Below, piece by piece: positions 56,526-64,000 of a stretch of 64,000 nt of DNA. Below the pieces are notes generated by a model. It saw only the letters and a list, made by a program, of their open reading frames with translations, was not told the DNA's origin and searched no databases. A program made the position numbers and the translations under genes. Source of the DNA: an uncultured virus (IMG/VR IMGVR_UViG_3300021963_007405) (taxonomy: Duplodnaviria; Heunggongvirae; Uroviricota; Caudoviricetes); IMG/VR virus record IMGVR_UViG_3300021963_007405. One strand, written 5' to 3'. Each line of letters opens with the position of its first letter. Positions within the stretch are counted from its first letter, which is position 1.

Positions 56526-57554
56526 TTAGAAGTCTAAATATATATTATGTAAATTATATTTTTTATTCCAGTTGGGGTAGAACTTTTTGATTTTATTTAA
56601 ATCAGAAATGTACCAGATATGGTCGCCAGTTCTATTTTTATCAATTGCATTATATTTTAATTTTTTATTATATATTTTTTCTAAATCTATAATAGCTTCT
56701 AAAACTGAAACGCTGTTTTCTCGTCCTCCTCCGAGATTAAAAATTTCTCCGAATAAGGAGGGACCGTTTATAACTGTATTTATAAAAGACCAAACATCAT
56801 AGGAATGTATATTGTCTCTAACCTGTTTGCCTTTATATCCATAAATATTATATTCGATTTCATTTTTAACGCATTTAGATAAATACGATAGAAAGCCATG
56901 TAATTCAGCTCCTTTATGGTTTCCTCCAGTTAGGCATCCGCATCTAAGAACACAGGTTTTTAGTTTAAAATTATTACCATATTCTTGTACAATTAAATCG
57001 GAATATAATTTATTAACCCCAAAAATACTATGAGTGCAATTATCTATATTGAATTGTTCATCTATGCCATTAATATATTTTCCATTATGTTCGTATCTAT
57101 ATTCTTCTTCAATTAATTGTATTTTATTTGGATTATCTCCATATACTTTATTAGTAGACATGTATATGAAAAAGGCATTTGGAGCGTATTTTTTAAATGC
57201 TTCTAAAATTTTAAGTGTTGCATATGAATTAATTTCAAAATCTAGTTTTGGATCTTTATACGACCAATCATGAGAAGGTTGAGCGGCGCAATGTACAATT
57301 GCAGAAATATCTGAGTTGTATAAATTAAATATTTCATTTATTTGTTCTGTGTTACAAATGTCAATCCATTCATGCCGATAATTAGTAAATTGTTTTAAAT
57401 ATGCGAGAGTAGTTTCAACTGAGCAAGTGTTACCAAAAAATTTTTTTCTGCTATCGTTATCTATTCCAATAACATTGTATCCTATTTTTAAAAATTCTTC
57501 AGCGCATTTAGATCCTATTAGACCTAGCGATCCTGTTATTAGAATGGTCTTCAT
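56526..57554 (-). CDS. CDP-paratose 2-epimerase-like SDR
   Basis: AAQPSHD, STNKVYG, GKQVRD. Confidence 0.8.
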   Translation of the reverse strand: MKTILITGSLGLIGSKCAEEFLKIGYNVIGIDNDSRKKFFGNTCSVETTLAYLKQFTNYRHEWIDICNTEQINEIFNLYNSDISAIVHCAAQPSHDWSYKDPKLDFEINSYATLKILEAFKKYAPNAFFIYMSTNKVYGDNPNKIQLIEEEYRYEHNGKYINGIDEQFNIDNCTHSIFGVNKLYSDLIVQEYGNNFKLKTCVLRCGCLTGGNHKGAELHGFLSYLSKCVKNEIEYNIYGYKGKQVRDNIHSYDVWSFINTVINGPSLFGEIFNLGGGRENSVSVLEAIIDLEKIYNKKLKYNAIDKNRTGDHIWYISDLNKIKKFYPNWNKKYNLHNIYLDF

Positions 57555-58177
57555 ATAGTTTTATTAATATAAATTTCGTCGCAGCCTAAATCTGTTATCT
57601 TTTCAAAACCGTTTGTAGTTAATAAATTATATATTAAATTTTCTCCATAGTTGTTTTCAACAGAAATGGCTTTAATTTTTATTTTATTAAAATCAATTGT
57701 TTTTAAAATAGCTAATTCAGCTCCTTCAGTGTCTAAGCTTAAGTAATCTATATAGTTAATGTTATATTTTTTAATCAATTCTACCATTGACATTGTTTGT
57801 ATTTTATTTATTTCAACTGACTTTCCATAAGTCAATAGATCGTTAAAAATTCTATTAAGATGTTGCGGCTTTTGTTCGCATAGTAAACCACTTAACCCTT
57901 TAATATATCCATCACACTCTAAAAAATCATATGTTCCACATTTGTCATAAATAGCGATATTTTCAACATGGCATTTTCTATGTTTTTTTATGTTTTCATA
58001 TTCTTTGAATCTAGGTTCAATAAGAATTCCATTCCATCCATTCTGTTCAAAAAAATATGTGTTATTTTGATTTATAGGTTCAGATCCTCCTATATCAACA
58101 AAGAAGCCATTTTTTTTATTAAAAAAAACGTTTTCGTTTAAATATTTATCTTGATGATATTGACTATTATAATTCAT
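57551..58177 (-). CDS. FkbM-family methyltransferase
   Basis: SQ..QD, FFVDIG, WNGILIEP, LSLDTEGAE. Confidence 0.85.
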   Translation of the reverse strand: MNYNSQYHQDKYLNENVFFNKKNGFFVDIGGSEPINQNNTYFFEQNGWNGILIEPRFKEYENIKKHRKCHVENIAIYDKCGTYDFLECDGYIKGLSGLLCEQKPQHLNRIFNDLLTYGKSVEINKIQTMSMVELIKKYNINYIDYLSLDTEGAELAILKTIDFNKIKIKAISVENNYGENLIYNLLTTNGFEKITDLGCDEIYINKTI

Positions 58178-58997
58178 TTAAATAATTATCTTTTATATAT
58201 TTCCAAGGATATAAATAAGACTCAGCTAGTTTGTAGTTTTGATGTATAGCGTCTAATCTTTCAAGATAGAATTTTTCGTCTGCTTTAGATACGATTTCTT
58301 CAAGTTCTTCTAAAGTATTAAAAATTAATACACCGTCTTTATTAAAATATCTTAGTATTTCTGGATCTCCTTTGTAAATAGGAATAGTTCCTGTTCTAAA
58401 ACAATCTAGTATTTTTTCAGTAAAATATCCTGGCTCATAGCAGTTTTCTACAGCTACAGAATATCTGTAATCTTTATGCCATTTCATTTTAGGTTCAACT
58501 GGATCACCATATTTATAACCGTCTAATAAATGTTTTACTTTTAAAAAGCATTGATGCCTAAAAGAATGTCCTTCAGTCCAAACTTTAGAAGAACAAACCA
58601 TTCCAACATTTTTAGATTTTTCGTAAATTGCATGTTCATTTAAGGGAATGAAATATGCACCCCAAGGATACCAAAAACAATTTTCGATTTCGCTGCAAAC
58701 TTTTTTATGATGTGAAAATATCTTTTTAAATGTTTGTTTGTTGGAATAAGCTAGTTCATAAATATTTGGGTTTATTACTTTTGGCTCTATTATCCAAAGA
58801 TAAATGTTTTTATTTTGCAGGATATTAAGATATTGCAAAGCAGCTCTATCAGAAATAATTAAAGTTTCATATTTATTTATATCGTTAAGATTTAAAATAT
58901 GTCTATACCCATAGTTCAAATTTAAAAGTTTAGCTTCTTCAAAAAAACTAATTTTATTTTGAATACATTCAAAATCTAAGAGAGGAATTTCTTTCAT
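58167..58997 (-). CDS. GT10-like (alpha-1,3-fucosyltransferase-type) glycosyltransferase
   Basis: YRYSVAVEN...YFTEKI.DCF..GTIPIY.G. Confidence 0.8.
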   Translation of the reverse strand: MKEIPLLDFECIQNKISFFEEAKLLNLNYGYRHILNLNDINKYETLIISDRAALQYLNILQNKNIYLWIIEPKVINPNIYELAYSNKQTFKKIFSHHKKVCSEIENCFWYPWGAYFIPLNEHAIYEKSKNVGMVCSSKVWTEGHSFRHQCFLKVKHLLDGYKYGDPVEPKMKWHKDYRYSVAVENCYEPGYFTEKILDCFRTGTIPIYKGDPEILRYFNKDGVLIFNTLEELEEIVSKADEKFYLERLDAIHQNYKLAESYLYPWKYIKDNYLNEL

Positions 58998-59692
58998 TTT
59001 ATTTGATTTTTAAAAAATGTAAAATTTTGCATCATCCATTGCGTATAATCAAGAGTCGTGTTTTCAATATTGGAATAACTTGGTTTTTGAAAACATAATA
59101 AATCGGAAGTAATAAAGCAGTTGTTTTTATTTTGAAAGTCTTTAGCCAAAAAAACATCTATTGCTTCATAGTTATTAATTAAATCAATATACCAATGTGT
59201 TTTATTTGAGAAAGAATCTTTTATTTTTAATGCTCCGTTTTTGGATACGGCTATGCTGTGTGTTGTGTGGGCGCAATTTAATTTATATAAATTATTTGTA
59301 AATTTATGTATAGGTTGTATTCCATAAAAATTACCAACAGTACCTCCAAGATATAATAAGTCCCAGTTATTTGGCAATTCGTTAAAGCTTTGAGTTAGTT
59401 TAATATTTAAAATATCTTTTTCATCAGTAAAGTAAAAATCATCTTCTAAGATTAGAAATTGATTAAGATTTTCTTGAATAGCTTTTTCTATAGTTTTTGC
59501 ATATGATAAACAGCATCCTATTTGTCCTTTTCTTTTTGGATTTATTTGTTCTTGTATTTTGACAGCATCTATTCTTTCGTAATTGGTGATGTTGTATTTT
59601 TCAAAATTAAGAAGGCATTCTTGCCATCTGTCCGTTCTTTCTTCTAAGTTTATACAAAAAATTTTATCAAATTTATTAAATATATTTTCCAT
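58994..59692 (-). CDS. GT25 glycosyltransferase
   Basis: INL..R.DR, GC..S, LILEDD. Confidence 0.8.
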   Translation of the reverse strand: MENIFNKFDKIFCINLEERTDRWQECLLNFEKYNITNYERIDAVKIQEQINPKRKGQIGCCLSYAKTIEKAIQENLNQFLILEDDFYFTDEKDILNIKLTQSFNELPNNWDLLYLGGTVGNFYGIQPIHKFTNNLYKLNCAHTTHSIAVSKNGALKIKDSFSNKTHWYIDLINNYEAIDVFLAKDFQNKNNCFITSDLLCFQKPSYSNIENTTLDYTQWMMQNFTFFKNQIK

Positions 59693-59695
59693 AAT

Positions 59696-60322
59696 TTATT
59701 GTTTCAGATATAAAGCGTCTCCCCATATAACACCTTCCCAGTTAGTTAAAATTCTATCAAATCCATATGTTGATAAAAAATCATCTATTTCATTAACATG
59801 ACAGCATTTATCGTAAACTTTATCTTTATTTACTTCACATAGTATATAATCTATTTGTTTTAGAGTTTTTCCAGCTCCTTTTAAAACTTCTAGTTCGTAT
59901 CCTTGAACATCTAAACATAAAAAATTATATCTAATTTCTTTTAATTTTTCATTTATTTGTAAAAAATCATCTAGCGTTGTCATTTCAACTTCTATTTTTG
60001 AATGAAATTTTATATGAGGGTATTTAACTAAATGCAATTTTGGCTCTAAAATTGAACTGGACATTCCTTCATTCGCTGTTTCAACATTCATCAAAATTTT
60101 TTTATTTTCATTACCTAATGCTAAATTATAAATTTTAGCTTTATCTGAACATTTTTTATTCAAGATTTCAAATGAAAATGGAACAGGTTCGAAACATAAT
60201 ATATTTGATACGTTATTTGCGTAAATATCTTCAATTACAGATCCGTGATGCGCTCCTGCTTGAATTGCGCCTTTTATATTTAGTTTATAATTTTTAATTA
60301 GATTTGATAAGTTAAATAACAT
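59696..60322 (-). CDS. FkbM-family methyltransferase
   Basis: GAHHG, FEP, LDVQGYELEVLKG. Confidence 0.85.
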   Translation of the reverse strand: MLFNLSNLIKNYKLNIKGAIQAGAHHGSVIEDIYANNVSNILCFEPVPFSFEILNKKCSDKAKIYNLALGNENKKILMNVETANEGMSSSILEPKLHLVKYPHIKFHSKIEVEMTTLDDFLQINEKLKEIRYNFLCLDVQGYELEVLKGAGKTLKQIDYILCEVNKDKVYDKCCHVNEIDDFLSTYGFDRILTNWEGVIWGDALYLKQ

Positions 60323-60323
60323 T

Positions 60324-61013
60324 TTATTTATATGTGTTTTTCACTTTTTTAATTTCATAATCTAATAAATCTTTATCTCTATTGCTGATTGAATCGCCAC
60401 GTTCATAAAAACATCCAATGCATTGTTCTATTTGTTGAAAATTATATCCGTTTTTAGACATTCTGGCAACCATTTCATAATCACCTGCTGTTATATAAGA
60501 TTCATCGAAATAACCTATTTCTTCAAAAACTTTTTTCTTAATCAAAGGAAATGGTCCGCATAGATATTCGTACATTAAAAGAGCATGATTGTATTTAGGC
60601 CATTTTGCATATAAAGAAAAATTGTAAATATCTCTAGTTTTAACAAGACCAAAAGGACCAAAAATAATATCCGCTTCAGGATCTTTTATTATCCATTTTT
60701 CATAAGTTTCCAAGGCATAATCAAATAGCATATCATCAGTATTATAATTCATAATATAGTCTGTGGAAGCAGCTTTAATAGCAATATTCCATGCAGTATA
60801 TAAACCTATTCTGCTTTCAGATTCTATAATTTTAGTATTTATTCCATTTCTAAATTTAAAATTTTTTATAACGCTCAATGAATTATCTGTAGAGCAAGCA
60901 TCAACAAAAATTATATCAAAATCTTTAGCAGTCTGAGTGTTGACATAATTTAAATATTCATTTATCCATAGATCGGAATTATAATTTGAACATATAATAG
61001 ATATTTTGTTCAT
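60324..61013 (-). CDS. GT2 glycosyltransferase
   Basis: VDACSTD, WN, NTDD, GDYE. Confidence 0.85.
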   Translation of the reverse strand: MNKISIICSNYNSDLWINEYLNYVNTQTAKDFDIIFVDACSTDNSLSVIKNFKFRNGINTKIIESESRIGLYTAWNIAIKAASTDYIMNYNTDDMLFDYALETYEKWIIKDPEADIIFGPFGLVKTRDIYNFSLYAKWPKYNHALLMYEYLCGPFPLIKKKVFEEIGYFDESYITAGDYEMVARMSKNGYNFQQIEQCIGCFYERGDSISNRDKDLLDYEIKKVKNTYK

Positions 61014-61873
61014 ATCTTATTCCAAAAATCAACTGAAGCATTTTTGCAATTTTCTTTAAATTTTTCTATTCCATATTTTTCGATATCATGAACGCATCCA
61101 ATTTGAGATTGTTTGCTTGTCATGATAGTCATTCCGCAAAAAATAGCTTCGGCTACAGATCTACAGAAAGGCTCTCTTAGATTCGGTTCGTAATAAAGAG
61201 TCTTGTATTTATTATAAACTTGAGGCATTTGTTTGTATTTAATCAAGCCAAGATATTCAATATTTGGAATATTAGTGCTTAGAAAATTATAAGTTTGATA
61301 ATCGCTCCATCCAGCAACAGCGTATTTTGTATTTGGATTTCTTAACGCTAATTCAAAGAAATTACTTGTACCCTTCAATGGATGCATATATCCAACATAC
61401 AAAATCTTATCTTCACGTTTATGACCATAATCGTAAAACTTATCCGCTTCAATTGGATCAGGAACGATTTCTACATTCTTAAAAATATCTCCATATAGTT
61501 GTTTAAAGAACCAAAAATGATAATCAGTTAAGAAAAATGTCTTCTTACAAAATGAGAATAGTTTTATTCTATTTTCTTGATCTAAATAATCATTTGAATC
61601 GTGTTCGATTCGAACGTGATACTTATGCTTAGCTATCTCGTCTAAAATCCAAGAATGCTTTTGGAAAACAGCGCAAACGTTTGAAGTAACTAGTATATCA
61701 TAATCATGTATATTAATATGTTTTCCAAAGGTTTCATGATTTACTTTTAGAATATTAAAGCCAAGTAACTTGCCTTGATCTATTATTATCTTATCGCTTC
61801 TTTGTGCGCCACCTGGAGCCTGATCTAAATCATAGTCAGCCAACCATAGTATTTTTTGATTGACATTTATCAT
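61010..61873 (-). CDS. GT4 glycosyltransferase
   Basis: GGAQ, KG, EPFCRSVAEA. Confidence 0.8.
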   Translation of the reverse strand: MINVNQKILWLADYDLDQAPGGAQRSDKIIIDQGKLLGFNILKVNHETFGKHINIHDYDILVTSNVCAVFQKHSWILDEIAKHKYHVRIEHDSNDYLDQENRIKLFSFCKKTFFLTDYHFWFFKQLYGDIFKNVEIVPDPIEADKFYDYGHKREDKILYVGYMHPLKGTSNFFELALRNPNTKYAVAGWSDYQTYNFLSTNIPNIEYLGLIKYKQMPQVYNKYKTLYYEPNLREPFCRSVAEAIFCGMTIMTSKQSQIGCVHDIEKYGIEKFKENCKNASVDFWNKI

Positions 61874-61887
61874 TTAAAGAATATACT
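61860..61887 (+). promoter_or_regulatory. Sigma70-type leaderless promoter
   Basis: TTGACA-N16-TATACT, then 6 nt to ATG 61894. Confidence 0.65.
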
Positions 61888-61888
61888 A

Positions 61889-61917
61889 ATCTTATGATTA
61901 GAAGCGTAGAAAGTCAA
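61889..61917 (-). promoter_or_regulatory. Sigma70-type promoter for the glycan operon
   Basis: TTGACT-N17-TAAGAT. Confidence 0.55.
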
Positions 61918-62199
61918 GAGCATTTTTATTTAGTAACATGTGCAGACTTAGAATGTATGATTATGGCAAATTCGCCTGAAGAAGCTTCATGCCTCGGATT
62001 AAAAAACATTCTTAATAAAAAAGGTCAAGCTACCAATCTGTCTTTCATAACCAGTGTTGATTTCATAAATAAAAAAGAAAATGAAACATTTGTTTTTTAT
62101 ACATCAAGTATTTTAAACGATCTTGGTCATTTTAAATTGGCAAAAGATTTGGAGTCTTTGAGTGATTTTTTCCTTGACAAAGGAGAAAATTCTCATTAA
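61894..62199 (+). CDS. Hypothetical protein
   Basis: First gene after the strand switch. Confidence 0.55.
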   Translation: MIRSVESQEHFYLVTCADLECMIMANSPEEASCLGLKNILNKKGQATNLSFITSVDFINKKENETFVFYTSSILNDLGHFKLAKDLESLSDFFLDKGENSH

Positions 62200-62202
62200 A
62201 CT
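62174..62202 (+). promoter_or_regulatory. Sigma70-type promoter
   Basis: TTGACA-N17-TAAACT. Confidence 0.55.
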
Positions 62203-62333
62203 CTGGAGCGAAGCGAAAGAGTTTAATTCATCTTACGAAAATCATACGCAATATCTAAGTCTAAATCTTAATAAAAACAAGGTTAACCTTAACAAATCGG
62301 TAAGGTATACCTAAGAGAGCGAAACCTAAGAGA

Positions 62334-62963
62334 ATGAACAAGACACATAAATTTTTAATACGAAGAAGGAAAAAAGTGATATTTAAAGAACTGCCATTAA
62401 TATTCGGTATAGGTGGAGTTGCAAGATGTGGAAAAGACACTCTTGGAAAACATCTAATAAATAAGTTAAATAAGTCTGGTTTTCCAGCATTGAATATATC
62501 ATTCGCCACTGAATTAAAAAAAGATCTTGATCCTTTCTTAAAAGAAAAATTAAATATCTCAGCTTTTACAGACAAAAATTCTGAAAAAGAGATTATTCGC
62601 CCAATGCTTGTCTGCTGGGGAACTGATACTTGTAGAAAAATTGATCCTGATTATTGGATAAAGAAGATTGAAAAACAAGTTAAGTCCTCAATTAATAATA
62701 AAATCATCGTTGTCATAACTGATGTACGTTATGAAAATGAAGTTAAATGGATTAAAGATAACGGCGGCTTTATGATACACCTAAGCAGAATGGGGCAAAA
62801 ACCTTCTAATTTTCAAGAAAGATTAAACGATCCTATTGTAAAACGTAACTCTGATCATATAATTAGATGGAAAACGTTTACTGATGAAAAAGAAACTTGC
62901 AATTATCACTTGAGCAAGTTATTCTATGAAAAAGGATGGTCAACATATGGAGATTTTAAGTGA
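62334..62963 (+). CDS. Deoxynucleoside monophosphate kinase
   Basis: P-loop GVARCGKDT, SFA..LK, R..L..WGT, DVRYENE. Confidence 0.88.
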   Translation: MNKTHKFLIRRRKKVIFKELPLIFGIGGVARCGKDTLGKHLINKLNKSGFPALNISFATELKKDLDPFLKEKLNISAFTDKNSEKEIIRPMLVCWGTDTCRKIDPDYWIKKIEKQVKSSINNKIIVVITDVRYENEVKWIKDNGGFMIHLSRMGQKPSNFQERLNDPIVKRNSDHIIRWKTFTDEKETCNYHLSKLFYEKGWSTYGDFK

Positions 62964-63552
62964 TTTAGATTTAATCAAAAACATCAAAAGAAAAAAGAAA
63001 GTAGATGAATGTCTACAAGAACTTATTGACAGGCACTCAGGAATTTATTTGGATATAGTAAATTCTTTTCTTAGAAACTGCAATAACGACTCTTTAAGAG
63101 ATGAGATTATAAATGATAAAGAGTACGCTATATATAATTCAGTTCTCAAATACGACGAGAATAGGGGTACAAAGTTTTCTACGTTTTTAGGAAATGAAGC
63201 GAAATGGATGTGTTTAAACGCTTCTAACAAGAATAAAAAGTACGTCGAATTGAATGACAATACTTATGATTTTGAGTGCATAAAAGACAACTACGAACAC
63301 ACTGTAGTAAACTTTCAAGATCAAGTTCTTAAAGAGTTCAATGAAGAAATCTCAAAGCATCCAGACAAGCGAATACAAAAAATATTCTCAATGCGCTATT
63401 CAGGAAATAAGAAGCTAACCCCTTGGCGCAAAATCAGCAAATCAATGAATCTGAGTATTCAAGGATGTATAAATATACATAACGCAGCTTTAAATTCTAT
63501 CTCAAAAAATATAAGATCCAAATATGAAATTATTAGTCAACGCTCCAATTAA
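62947..63552 (+). CDS. Phage sigma70-family sigma factor
   Basis: Region 2 (KYDENRGTKFSTF) and region 4 HTH (IFSMRY...WRKISKSMNLS). Confidence 0.8.
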   Translation: MEILSDLDLIKNIKRKKKVDECLQELIDRHSGIYLDIVNSFLRNCNNDSLRDEIINDKEYAIYNSVLKYDENRGTKFSTFLGNEAKWMCLNASNKNKKYVELNDNTYDFECIKDNYEHTVVNFQDQVLKEFNEEISKHPDKRIQKIFSMRYSGNKKLTPWRKISKSMNLSIQGCINIHNAALNSISKNIRSKYEIISQRSN

Positions 63553-64000
63553 CGCATTATCTTTTGGTAATGTTTCTATAAATATTCTTCGTGAATTGTA
63601 TAAGAAGAATATAGATTTGATCTTTTTTCCTATTGGAGATAAAGCTGAACTAGAAGCTTACGATAAGATCGATGCAGATTTTATTAAATATCTTCAATCT
63701 GCCACCAACAGTAGATATGAAAAAATTGACAGAAACACTCCTTCTTTAAAGTTATGGCATATCTTTGGAAGCGAAACTAGGTACGCTAAAAATCAATCTC
63801 TATTCACTTTTCATGAAGTATCTGAAGTTACGGCGATTGAAAAAAATCTATTAAGTCTACAAGACAGAGTATTTGTAAGTTCAAATTATACAAAAAACAT
63901 TTTTGAATTGAATGGAATTCAAAATGTTACTTATGTTCCATTAGGTTTTGATAATGATTTTCATGTAACCAATAGAATTTATCTTCAAGATAAAATTCAT
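63524..64000 (+). CDS. Glycosyltransferase (GT4-like), partial
   Basis: MKLLVNAPINALSFGNVS...FTFHE...VFVSS...VPLGFD; open to the window edge. Confidence 0.65.
   Translation, partial: MKLLVNAPINALSFGNVSINILRELYKKNIDLIFFPIGDKAELEAYDKIDADFIKYLQSATNSRYEKIDRNTPSLKLWHIFGSETRYAKNQSLFTFHEVSEVTAIEKNLLSLQDRVFVSSNYTKNIFELNGIQNVTYVPLGFDNDFHVTNRIYLQDKIH

Noticed and set aside
1..64000. Stop-codon reassignment, as in some large phages
   Set aside because: Genes tile densely and are full length in code 11; TAA, TGA and TAG all end genes; no suppressor tRNA seen
1..64000. CRISPR array or Cas locus
   Set aside because: No regularly spaced repeats seen; the Cas4-like nuclease sits among replication genes
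1..64000. Bacterial chromosome or eukaryotic giant virus origin
   Set aside because: rIIA/rIIB, dNMP kinase, a divergent replisome, bacterial promoters and terminators, and many small orphan ORFs indicate a bacteriophage

Overview
A dense, AT-rich, mostly minus-strand segment of a large tailed dsDNA phage (probably a jumbo or large myovirus) using the standard genetic code. No capsid, terminase or tail genes are visible in the window. Contents from left to right: (1) small accessory genes, including a pseudopilin, a C5 methyltransferase, an EF-hand protein, rIIB/rIIA, UvsE, dCMP deaminase and an HNH nuclease; (2) an outer-membrane beta-barrel gene next to an unusual six-gene membrane operon that mixes lysis-type genes (u-spanin-like lipoprotein, holin-like protein) with signalling parts (orphan periplasmic sensor, TM-PAS protein, ankyrin/class III cyclase); (3) dUTPase, a Sak/Rad52-like annealase, a Whirly-like SSB, a tubulin/FtsZ homologue and a ClpC-like ATPase; (4) a replisome with Pol III alpha split into PHP, exonuclease and core genes, plus primase, DnaB and RecA; (5) putative head-internal proteins and a class II RNR; (6) a ~17 kb glycan-biosynthesis island containing NadE; (7) a strand switch at ~61.9 kb followed by dNMP kinase and a phage sigma factor. 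Three tRNAs lie at 8.4 kb and 20.5-20.7 kb. Two recurring promoter classes are visible: sigma70-type and often leaderless, and a GTGTAW motif. The host is inferred, not shown, to be a diderm PVC-group bacterium, probably Verrucomicrobiota. All protein-family calls are by eye from motifs; no searches were run.
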